Positions 1 through 8,110 of a stretch of 64,000 nt of DNA are shown here, one piece after another. Source of the stretch: a bacterium. Lineage in GTDB: Bacteria; Bacillota; Clostridia; Oscillospirales; CAG-272. The stretch covers positions 7,830 to 71,829 of the forward strand of contig CAVIJF010000001.1 in the NCBI GenBank assembly GCA_963643175.1, read 5' to 3'. Every line of letters begins with the position of its first letter. The stretch's first letter is position 1. Below the pieces are notes generated by a model. It worked only from the letters and a program-made list of their open reading frames with translations, had not been told where the DNA came from and did not search any database. The translations under genes were made by a program, and so were the position numbers.

Positions 1-806
1 CCGTTTCCGGTCACAAAGCCGAAGAAATCGCCGGTGTCGGACTTGCTGTTGCTGTTCCTGTCCAGATACAGATCCTGGATCATGCTGAGCTGGGTGTCCA
101 GCGTCCAGTCGCCGTTTTTCACGGTCGTGTACATATCGGGCAGCTTGTGCGCTTCCATCTCGGTGCGGTTGTACAGGGTCAGAAACACGTACCGGAACAT
201 GGAGATGGCGGCGGCTCCGCTTGCCAGATACTGCTTCCGCTGCGGCGTGAAGGTAACAAGGTCATTGAAGCCCTGTGTCCAGTAGCTCTTGGAGGTGTTG
301 ATGTACTCCACAGCGGACAGGTTCCGGTAGTGCCCGCTCAGGGCGGGACCTACGGCGCGGTAGGTGCCGTTGACCACAATGTCATAGCTCCCGAGACCGG
401 AGGAAACATCGTTTGCCAGCTTGGTGGCGACGTCATCCTCGTCGCAGGGCAGAAAGGCGAGCCGGACGCAGAGCTGATTCTGCACCAGTTCGTTGCGCTC
501 AAACACAGCTTCGGAGATCAGCCCGGCGGTGCCGTCACTGACCAGTTCGTCGTTCTTGCCCTGCGCATCGGCGTACAGGAAGCCGACCTCGGCATTGCCG
601 AAGGACAGGCCGTCCGGCAGATCGCACCCCTCGGCGGTCGAGACAGCCTCTCCCGTGCCGGGTACGGTATCCGTGACAGAATGGGAGGAGGTTTCCGGCG
701 GCGAGCCGGAACCGGGACCGCAGGAGGCAAGTCCCGCGGACGGGGTCAGAACAAGCAGGCAGGCGAGCAGGAGGGCGGACAGCTTTATTGTACACGTGGC
801 GTTCAT
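1..806 (-). CDS. ABC-transporter-type extracellular solute-binding lipoprotein (N-terminal part only; gene continues past the window edge)
   Basis: Absent from the ORF track because it runs off the window. Reverse-strand ATG at 806-804 is preceded by gaaaggag. N-terminus MNATCTIKLSALLLACLLVLTPSAGLASCG is a signal peptide plus lipobox. The rest (…ERNELVQNQLCVRL…DIVVNGTY…DFFGFVTGN) resembles large family-1 sugar-binding lipoproteins. Confidence 0.55.
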   Translation of the reverse strand, partial: MNATCTIKLSALLLACLLVLTPSAGLASCGPGSGSPPETSSHSVTDTVPGTGEAVSTAEGCDLPDGLSFGNAEVGFLYADAQGKNDELVSDGTAGLISEAVFERNELVQNQLCVRLAFLPCDEDDVATKLANDVSSGLGSYDIVVNGTYRAVGPALSGHYRNLSAVEYINTSKSYWTQGFNDLVTFTPQRKQYLASGAAAISMFRYVFLTLYNRTEMEAHKLPDMYTTVKNGDWTLDTQLSMIQDLYLDRNSNSKSDTGDFFGFVTGN

Positions 807-867
807 GGCGGCACTCCTTTCACAGTGCGTACAGTCCCTGTACAGCAGACGGACAGATTACACAGCC

Positions 868-896
868 ATTATAGTATATTTTGTCCTTCCTGTCAA
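868..896 (-). promoter_or_regulatory. Sigma-A type promoter for the solute-binding lipoprotein gene
   Basis: The minus strand reads TTGACA (891-896), a 17-nt spacer, then TATAAT (868-873). Confidence 0.55.
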
Positions 897-950
897 GAGA
901 AGCGGGAAAATTATTTGTATATTTTGGAGTATTCTTTTGTGGGCGCCGCC

Positions 951-979
951 TTGATTTTTTTTTGAAAATGTGCTATAAT
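951..979 (+). promoter_or_regulatory. Sigma-A type promoter for coaW
   Basis: TTGATT (951-956), 17-nt spacer, TGcTATAAT (-10 at 974-979). It is divergent from the promoter at 868-896. Confidence 0.55.
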
Positions 980-1057
980 AATCTGTATGCGTTGGGGAGG
1001 GCGGCGGCGTCCGCACATCCCCGCGGAACAGAGACCCGGAAAGGAGAGTTCTGCACC

Positions 1058-1930
1058 ATGGAGACAAGGCAGCAGGGCGCCGGAGACGTCGTTGTCGGCA
1101 TTGACGTCGGCGGCAGTACCACCAAAATTGTCGGCTTTCGCCGCACGGCAGCAGGGGCATCGGCACTCATAGACCCGCTGTTCGTCCGGGCGACCGACCC
1201 AATTACATCCATCTACGGAGCGTTCGGACGCTTTACCGTGGAGAACGGACTGGCTCTGCCGGACATTGACCGCATCATGATGACAGGCGTCGGTTCCTCC
1301 TATATGTCCGCGCCCATCTATTCGCTGAACTGCCGGACGGTACCGGAGTTTTCCGGTGTCGGGCTGGGCGGGCTGTACCTGTCCGGGCTGTCCGAGGCTA
1401 TCATTGTGAGCATGGGAACCGGTACGGCGCTGGTATACGCCCGGCGGAAACCGGACGGCGGAACGGATATAGACTATCTGGGCGGCACGGGCGTCGGGGG
1501 CGGTACGTTGCTGGGGCTGACCAAGAAGATGCTGGGCGTGGATACGGTTGAGCACATCGAACAGCTGTGCGAGGGCGGGGATCTCTCCAAAGTCGATCTG
1601 ACCATCAAGGACATTTCCCGCAATGACCAGTTCCCCGGTGTCAACTACAATCTGACCGCTGCCAATTTCGGCAAGCTGTCCGACCTTGCGGACAGCAGTG
1701 ACATTGCGCTGGGCATTGCCAACATGGTGGCGGAGACCATCGCCATGATGGCGATATTCGCCGCCCGCGGGCACGGCGTGCGGGACATTGTGCTGACCGG
1801 CAACCTGACGACCATCCGTCCTATCCGTCGGGTGTTTGAGGGACTGCGGGACACCTTCAATGTAAATTTTCTCATCCCGCCCAACGCTCAGTTCGGCACC
1901 GTCATCGGCGCCGCCCTCTACGGCTGGTAA
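1058..1930 (+). CDS. coaW: Type II pantothenate kinase
   Basis: Internal ATG of ORF 881..1930, with RBS aaggagag at 1041-1048. Motifs GIDVGGSTTKIVGF, SMGTGTALVY, LGGTGVGGGTLLGL, NLTAANFG and GTVIGAALYG match Staphylococcus-type CoaW. Confidence 0.8.
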   Translation: METRQQGAGDVVVGIDVGGSTTKIVGFRRTAAGASALIDPLFVRATDPITSIYGAFGRFTVENGLALPDIDRIMMTGVGSSYMSAPIYSLNCRTVPEFSGVGLGGLYLSGLSEAIIVSMGTGTALVYARRKPDGGTDIDYLGGTGVGGGTLLGLTKKMLGVDTVEHIEQLCEGGDLSKVDLTIKDISRNDQFPGVNYNLTAANFGKLSDLADSSDIALGIANMVAETIAMMAIFAARGHGVRDIVLTGNLTTIRPIRRVFEGLRDTFNVNFLIPPNAQFGTVIGAALYGW

Positions 1931-2018
1931 TCCGGCGTCAGCCCGGATCGGAACACAACAGCCGGCATTTACCCGGTAAAAATGATGCAAATATAAATAG
2001 GTAAGAAAGGCACACAGT

Positions 2019-4661
2019 ATGGAATGGACAAGTCTGAACGACCTGCGCGAAAAGTATCTATCCTTCTTTGAATCCAAGGGGCACCTGCGCCTCCCCTCTT
2101 TCCCGCTGATTCCCCACAACGACCCGTCGCTTCTGCTCATCAACTCCGGTATGGCGCCCATGAAGAAATACTTCACCGGCGAGGAGATTCCGCCCCGCCG
2201 CCGCGTCACCACCTGCCAGAAGTGCATCCGCACCCCTGACCTTGAGCGCGTGGGGCACACCGCCCGCCACGGCACCTTCTTTGAGATGCTGGGCAACTTC
2301 TCCTTTGGTGATTACTTCAAGCAGGAGGCGATTCCGTGGGCGTGGGAATTCCTGACCGATACGCTGAAGATTCCCGCCGAGCGGCTCTGGCCTTCCATCT
2401 ACGAGAACGACGAGGAGGCATTTGAGCTGTGGAACAAGACGGTCGGCGTCCCGGCAGAGCGCATTGTGCGGCTGGGCAAGGTGGACAACTTCTGGGAGCA
2501 CGGCTCCGGTCCCTGCGGTCCCTGCTCCGAAATTTATTTTGACCGCGGCGAGAAGTACGGCTGCGGCTCGCCCGACTGCAAGCCCGGCTGTGACTGTGAC
2601 CGCTACATGGAAATCTGGAACAACGTGTTCTCGCAGTTCAACAATGACGGGCACGGCAACTATACCGAGCTGGCGCAGAAGAATATTGATACCGGCATGG
2701 GTCTGGAGCGCCTTGCCTGCGTGATGCAGGGCGTGGACAATATGTTCCTTGTGGATACCAACCGCGCCATTCTGGACAAGGTGTGCACCATTGCCGGTCG
2801 CACCTACGGGGACAACGCCAACGCGGACATTTCCATCCGTGTGTGCACCGATCATATCAAGTCCGCCATGTTCATGATTGCCGACGGCGTGATTCCCTCC
2901 AATGAGGGACGCGGCTACGTGCTGCGCCGCATCATCCGCCGCGCCTGCCGCCACGGCAAGCTGCTGGGCATCAATCGCCCGTTCCTCACCGAGCTGTGCG
3001 AGGTCGCCATGCAGCAGAATCAGGGGGCGTACCCGGAGCTGCACGAAAAGCATGACTATATCCTGCAGATTCTGTCCCTGGAGGAGAAGCGCTTTGACGC
3101 CACCATTGACGCAGGTCTCTCCATCCTGTCCAACCTTGCCCGCGATGTGCTGGCATCCGGCAAGAAGGTCATTTCGGGCAGCGATGCGTTCCGGCTGTAC
3201 GATACGTTCGGCTTCCCGGTCGATCTGACGCGCGAGATTGTCGCCGAGCAGCACCTGACCATTGACGAGGATACTTTCCGGACGCTCATGCAGGCACAGC
3301 GGGAGCGCGCACGCAGTGCCCGCGCCAATATTTCCGGCTGGAGCAATGCGTCCAAGACCCTGCTGGCGGGTCTGACCAAGACGAAATTTGTCGGCTATAC
3401 CGCGACCGAGTGCGACGCAAAGGTCGTGGCTCTGCTGGTGGACGATATGGCGGTGGAGGAAGTCACCGAGGGTGACTTCACGCTGATTCTGGACCGTACA
3501 CCCTTCTACGGAGAGGGCGGCGGACAGGTGGGTGACGCCGGCACCGTAACGGGGCATGATTTCGCCGCGTCTGTGACCGATACGCAGAAGTCCGATGGCG
3601 TGTACATTCATCTTTGCTCGCTGGCTAATGGGGCTGTCCGCGTGGGCGACACGGTTCATGCCGAGGTCAGCGACGTGCGGCGCGCTGCCATTATGCGGAA
3701 CCATTCAGCTTGCCATCTGTTGCAGGCGGCGCTCCGCACCGTACTGGGCAAGCACGTTGAGCAGGCGGGCTCCTATGTGGACAGGGAGCGCGTGCGCTTT
3801 GACTTTACGCACTTCGCACCGCTGACTGCGGAGCAGCTCAGAGCGGTCGAGAGTCTGGTCAATGCCCATATTCTGGTGGGTCTGCCGGTCGAGAAGCTGG
3901 AACTTCCGATTGAGGAAGCCAAAAAACTGGGCGCCATGGCGCTGTTCGGCGAGAAGTACGGCAAGGTCGTCCGCGTCATCCGTATGGGGGATTTCTCCAC
4001 GGAGTTCTGCGGTGGTACGCACGTGGACAACACCGCACAGATCGGGCTGTTCAAGATTACTTCCGAGGCATCGGTGGCGGCGGGTGTCCGCCGTATTGAG
4101 GGCGTGACCGGGCTTGGCGTGCTGGAGCTGATTGCCGGGCAGGAGGAGATTATCCGCAGAACCGCCCATGAGCTGAAGGCACCCGCCCCGGCGGATATGC
4201 CTGCCAAGGCTGCCGCTCTGCACGCGGATCTGAATGCCGCGCACAAGGAAATCGACCGCCTCAACAGCCGCCTTGCGGCGTCGCAGGTGGACGGACTGCT
4301 GGCGGGCGGAGTTCCGGTCGGCAGGAGCGGCAGAGTTCTGCTGGTCGCGGCGGCGCTGGACGGGGTTCCCGTAGACGTTGCGCGCAGCATGACCGACCTG
4401 ATAAAGGAAAAGAATCCCGCCGCGGTGGCAGTTCTTGCCGTCAGCGGGGACGGGAAACTCAACTTCCTTGCTGCCGCAGGAAAAGAGGCTGTCGCACTGG
4501 GTGCGCACGCCGGAAAGCTGGTCGGCGCGGTTTCCGCTGTCACGGGCGGTAAGGGCGGCGGACGCCCGGATAACGCGATGGCAGGCGGTCGGGATGTCGA
4601 TCAGGTTCCGGAGGCGTTGGCTACGGCGGAGGTCGTGCTGGGCGGTATGCTTAAGGACTGA
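2019..4661 (+). CDS. alaS: Alanine--tRNA ligase
   Basis: 880 aa. The N-terminus LREKYLSFFESKGHLRLPSFPLIP, the editing-domain HSACHLL motif and the C-terminal DHHA1-like region are classic AlaRS. Confidence 0.97.
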   Translation: MEWTSLNDLREKYLSFFESKGHLRLPSFPLIPHNDPSLLLINSGMAPMKKYFTGEEIPPRRRVTTCQKCIRTPDLERVGHTARHGTFFEMLGNFSFGDYFKQEAIPWAWEFLTDTLKIPAERLWPSIYENDEEAFELWNKTVGVPAERIVRLGKVDNFWEHGSGPCGPCSEIYFDRGEKYGCGSPDCKPGCDCDRYMEIWNNVFSQFNNDGHGNYTELAQKNIDTGMGLERLACVMQGVDNMFLVDTNRAILDKVCTIAGRTYGDNANADISIRVCTDHIKSAMFMIADGVIPSNEGRGYVLRRIIRRACRHGKLLGINRPFLTELCEVAMQQNQGAYPELHEKHDYILQILSLEEKRFDATIDAGLSILSNLARDVLASGKKVISGSDAFRLYDTFGFPVDLTREIVAEQHLTIDEDTFRTLMQAQRERARSARANISGWSNASKTLLAGLTKTKFVGYTATECDAKVVALLVDDMAVEEVTEGDFTLILDRTPFYGEGGGQVGDAGTVTGHDFAASVTDTQKSDGVYIHLCSLANGAVRVGDTVHAEVSDVRRAAIMRNHSACHLLQAALRTVLGKHVEQAGSYVDRERVRFDFTHFAPLTAEQLRAVESLVNAHILVGLPVEKLELPIEEAKKLGAMALFGEKYGKVVRVIRMGDFSTEFCGGTHVDNTAQIGLFKITSEASVAAGVRRIEGVTGLGVLELIAGQEEIIRRTAHELKAPAPADMPAKAAALHADLNAAHKEIDRLNSRLAASQVDGLLAGGVPVGRSGRVLLVAAALDGVPVDVARSMTDLIKEKNPAAVAVLAVSGDGKLNFLAAAGKEAVALGAHAGKLVGAVSAVTGGKGGGRPDNAMAGGRDVDQVPEALATAEVVLGGMLKD

Positions 4662-4687
4662 CGCACCCATAGCTATCATCAAAAAAT

Positions 4688-4731
4688 ACAGACAGAGGAG
4701 CGGTTCCCCGTGGAACCGCTCCTCTGTCTGT
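4688..4731. terminator. Perfect 20-bp hairpin between convergent genes (A-run upstream on the plus strand gives a U-run on the minus strand)
   Basis: acagacagaggagcggttcc (4688-4707), loop ccgt, ggaaccgctcctctgtctgt (4712-4731). It is preceded by aaaaaat on the plus strand, so only the minus-strand reading has a U-tract. Confidence 0.7.
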
Positions 4732-5134
4732 ATGGGGGAATTAAGGCTTCGCCGCACAATTCCGATGGTGCAATTGCGCAGTCGGATTTTTCGTCAGACG
4801 ATACAAAAAGCGACAGCCCAACCCCACATGGGCACAACGAATATGGTTGCTGTCATATATCTTGCCGATGTTCTTCAGGCGTAAAAGCAGTGTTTTATCT
4901 CCTCGGTTATGAATTGCGTTGTCTGTCCTGATGCCGGAATCCGGATGGTGCCGCCCCCCGGCAGATATGTTGTCGCACAAGCAAAAGTTAGCATGCGCTA
5001 ACTCGTGTTCCGCTGAAAGGGCATCTACATATAGTGCGGATGCCCTGTCCGGTCGCCCATTTTAGCAGAATATACGGCTGTCAAAAAGGTATGGATAAAA
5101 TATCGGGGAATCGCGGATTTATCCGGAAAGCCCT

Positions 5135-5599
5135 TTACTTAATCAGTCTGAAGCCCCCGATGAGAGGCAGTTCCTTTGCTTTTCCGTTCGCCGCATTGAC
5201 GATTCCGATAATCATCAGGGCAAGGCACAGAATGCCGACAGCCCCGCTGACGATCCAGCCGACGATGGGAATCAGTCCCAGAATGCCGGACGCGGCACTC
5301 AGCACGACCTCGGCGAGGAACAGAATCAGCCCTTGGTTGGTGTGGAACCGGGCGAATCTGGAATTCTGCGCCGCCAGCAGCGGAATCAGGAACAGGATGC
5401 AGATATACGCAAGAATCGCCATGACCTTGTTGTCCGCGATGTCCCTGCTGTCGAACTCTGCCGTGGTGTCGGCGGTGTTGTTCAGGTTTGCAAAAGCCGA
5501 ATCCGCCGCATTCCGGGCACCGTCAGCCGGAGCGCCGCAAACCGGGCACTGCGCGGCGTTGTCGTCCATAGCGGCACCGCATTTTTTACAGGTTGCCAT
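5135..5599 (-). CDS. Zinc-ribbon / DUF4870-like small membrane protein
   Basis: 154 aa. N-terminal CKKCGx11CPVCG zinc ribbon followed by three hydrophobic helices (AILAYICILFLIPLL…). RBS gaaaggag. Confidence 0.7.
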   Translation of the reverse strand: MATCKKCGAAMDDNAAQCPVCGAPADGARNAADSAFANLNNTADTTAEFDSRDIADNKVMAILAYICILFLIPLLAAQNSRFARFHTNQGLILFLAEVVLSAASGILGLIPIVGWIVSGAVGILCLALMIIGIVNAANGKAKELPLIGGFRLIK

Positions 5600-5665
5600 G
5601 ATGATGCATACTCCTTTCGGGGAACCGCCGGCATAAAGCTGCCGGCTACCTACCCACTGTGCGGT

Positions 5666-5694
5666 ATTATAGCACAGTCCGGGGGCTCTGTCAA
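5666..5694 (-). promoter_or_regulatory. Sigma-A type promoter for the zinc-ribbon membrane protein gene
   Basis: The minus strand reads TTGACA (5689-5694), 17 nt, TGcTATAAT (-10 at 5666-5671). Confidence 0.6.
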
Positions 5695-5788
5695 GGGGAA
5701 AAATTGCGAAAATACGGGCGGCGGTGTCTGCCTTTTGGAATATCGGCGCGTATCGCCGCCGCGGTCACGCAAAATTCAGCCAAAAAAC

Positions 5789-5817
5789 TTGACAGCAACG
5801 CAAAAGTATGCTATCAT
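5789..5817 (+). promoter_or_regulatory. Sigma-A type promoter for rimO-pgsA
   Basis: TTGACA (5789-5794), 17 nt, TGcTATCAT (-10 at 5812-5817). Confidence 0.55.
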
Positions 5818-5893
5818 ATACAGCGGACGCGAGGGCAGTGCCCTTGCGGGCGGGGTGCGCTGGCATCCGCCGGAAAGGACTCGTTGAAACCCT

Positions 5894-7282
5894 ATGAAGA
5901 TTGGATTTATTTCTCTCGGATGCCCCAAAAATCAGCTGGATACCGAGGTCATGCTCCACGAGGTGGTGGATGCCGGCTACGAGATCACGCCTGAGGATAT
6001 TGATGCGGACATCATCATCATCAACACCTGCGCCTTCATCGAAAGTGCGCGCAAGGAAGCGGTGGACAATATTCTGGACGTTGCGTGGCTCAAGGAGAAC
6101 CGCCATCTCAAAGGCATCATTGTGACGGGATGTCTGGCAGAGCGCTACCGTGAGGAGATATTCGAGGATATGCCGGAGGTGGACGCCCTGCTGGGTGTCG
6201 GCAGCATACACCGCATCGTGGATGCCGTCCGTGCGGTCGAGGCGCAGGTAAAGGCGCAGGAGGCGGGGAAGAAGCCGCTGGAGGCTGCCTGCAAGTACCG
6301 TTCCTTCGAGGACAAAAACGCCGTTGCGTTGGGCGGCGACCGCGTGCTGACCACGCCGGAGTATGCCGCTTACCTCAAGATTGCCGAGGGGTGCGACAAC
6401 CGGTGCGCCTACTGTGCCATTCCGTACATCCGTGGCGGATACCGTTCCCGCCCGATGGAGGATCTGGTGCGTGAGGTGAAGGAGCTGTCCGCATTGGGCG
6501 TCCGGGAGCTGACCGTCATCGCGCAGGACATCACGCGATACGGGAAGGATCTGTACGGGCACTATGCCCTGCATGAGCTGCTCCACCGGATTACGGAGGA
6601 GACGGACATCCCGTGGATCCGCCTGCTCTACTGCTATCCCGACAAGATTACCGATGAGCTTATCGCTGAGATACGGGACAATCCCCGCATTCTCAAGTAC
6701 ATAGATCTGCCGCTCCAGCATATCAGCGACCGGGTGCTGAAGTCGATGAACCGCCACGGCGAGTCCACGCTTATCCGCGACGTGCTGACCCGCCTGCGCA
6801 GGGAGATTCCCGGTGTGGTCATCCGCACAACCTTCATCGTCGGTTTCCCCGGCGAGACGGAGGAGGATTTCCGGCAGCTGGCGGAGTTCATGAAGGAGCA
6901 GCGCTTTGACCATGCCGGCGTGTTCACCTACTCCCGCGAGGAGGGAACGCCTGCATATAACTTCCCTGACCAGATTGACGAGCAGGAAAAGGAGCGCCGG
7001 CGGGATATTCTGATGAAGCAGCAGATGCTGATAAACGCCGAACTGAACGAGCAGAAGGTAGGGCAGACCGTGGAGGTACTGTGCGAGGACTACGACCCCG
7101 TAAGCGAGTCCTGCTACGGACGCTCGGCGGCGGACGCACCCGAAATCGACGGCAAGGTGTTCTTCCGACAGACAGGCACAGTACGCCCCGCCCCCGGTGA
7201 TTTCGTAAAGGTCCGCATTGAGGACGTGGTGGATTACGATATGTACGGCAAGCAGATTCTGCCCGACGGGGCGGATATGTGA
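5894..7282 (+). CDS. rimO: Ribosomal protein S12 methylthiotransferase
   Basis: MKIGFISLGCPKNQLDTE N-terminus, radical-SAM CDNRCAYC motif and a C-terminal TRAM domain. Confidence 0.9.
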   Translation: MKIGFISLGCPKNQLDTEVMLHEVVDAGYEITPEDIDADIIIINTCAFIESARKEAVDNILDVAWLKENRHLKGIIVTGCLAERYREEIFEDMPEVDALLGVGSIHRIVDAVRAVEAQVKAQEAGKKPLEAACKYRSFEDKNAVALGGDRVLTTPEYAAYLKIAEGCDNRCAYCAIPYIRGGYRSRPMEDLVREVKELSALGVRELTVIAQDITRYGKDLYGHYALHELLHRITEETDIPWIRLLYCYPDKITDELIAEIRDNPRILKYIDLPLQHISDRVLKSMNRHGESTLIRDVLTRLRREIPGVVIRTTFIVGFPGETEEDFRQLAEFMKEQRFDHAGVFTYSREEGTPAYNFPDQIDEQEKERRRDILMKQQMLINAELNEQKVGQTVEVLCEDYDPVSESCYGRSAADAPEIDGKVFFRQTGTVRPAPGDFVKVRIEDVVDYDMYGKQILPDGADM

Positions 7283-7295
7283 GGAGGTGCGCGGC

Positions 7296-7952
7296 ATGAA
7301 GGCGACCGACACGGCTTCCTGCATACGGAAGCAGAAAACAAAAATGAACCTGCCCAACCGACTGACCGTCCTGCGCCTTGTCATGGTACCGGTTTTTATT
7401 GCCGTGATGGTGCTGCCGGACAGTCTGGTTCCCTCGCTTGTGACCGGCTCTGTCGGTGCGTTTCTGTTCATCACAGCCGCCGTGACCGATATGCTGGACG
7501 GAAAAATTGCCCGCAAGTACAGCCTGATAACCGATTTCGGCAAGCTGATGGACCCGCTGGCGGATAAATTTATGGTTATTGGCGCCATGACCGTTATCGT
7601 CTACCGCTACGACAACCTGCGCTCCGTGTTCATTTGGGCACTGTTGGTGGTGGTGTTCCGGGAGCTGGCGGTGACATCCCTGCGGCTGGTAGCGTCCGCC
7701 TCCGGCGGCGTGGTGGTTCCTGCCAATATGCTTGGCAAGATAAAGACGGTTTCGCAGATTGTCTGCGTCAGTGCCGCCATCATCGAGCCGATGCTCTATG
7801 AGATACCATTCCTGCGCGATTTCCTGCCGGAGTGGTGGGTTGCGTACACACCGCTGACTTATCTGACCTGTGCCGCCATGACCCTGTTCACGGTTCTGTC
7901 CGGAGCGAACTATTTCCGCGCTATGTGGAAATACCTTGACCCCGGAAAGTAA
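7296..7952 (+). CDS. pgsA: CDP-diacylglycerol--glycerol-3-phosphate 3-phosphatidyltransferase
   Basis: NLPNRLTVLRL…DMLDGKIARKYSLITDFGKLMDPLADK is the CDP-alcohol phosphatidyltransferase motif. Start at 7296 follows gaggagg (7281-7287). An alternative start at 7344 (MNLPN) is possible. Confidence 0.85.
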   Translation: MKATDTASCIRKQKTKMNLPNRLTVLRLVMVPVFIAVMVLPDSLVPSLVTGSVGAFLFITAAVTDMLDGKIARKYSLITDFGKLMDPLADKFMVIGAMTVIVYRYDNLRSVFIWALLVVVFRELAVTSLRLVASASGGVVVPANMLGKIKTVSQIVCVSAAIIEPMLYEIPFLRDFLPEWWVAYTPLTYLTCAAMTLFTVLSGANYFRAMWKYLDPGK

Positions 7953-8110
7953 CCGTTTTCCCCCTACCGCACGATATGCCGGCACTCTTCCATGACGCCT
8001 GCTGCGTGCGGTTTTCTGTACCCGTCCCGTGCGACCGGACAGCCGCCGCGGCGACAGACAACCGTTAACCGCTGACCGTCAAGAGCAAAACGAAAGGAAC
8101 CGTAACCGCT

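Noticed and set aside
1931-2018. Possible T-box leader upstream of alaS.
   Set aside because: Only 88 nt are available. I see no specifier-loop or T-box (AGGGTGGNACCGCG-like) sequence and no terminator/antiterminator pair.
4741-4980. 79-aa minus-strand ORF in the low-GC gap, a 20-aa hydrophobic mini-ORF (MTATIFVVPMWGWAVAFCIV) in another frame, and a GTGCGAC (group-II-intron-like 5' motif) at 4972-4978 on the minus strand.
   Set aside because: The 79-aa ORF has a TTG start, no RBS and no recognisable motif. The mini-ORF lacks an RBS. No intron domain V/VI or reverse-transcriptase gene is present, so GTGCG is probably a chance match.
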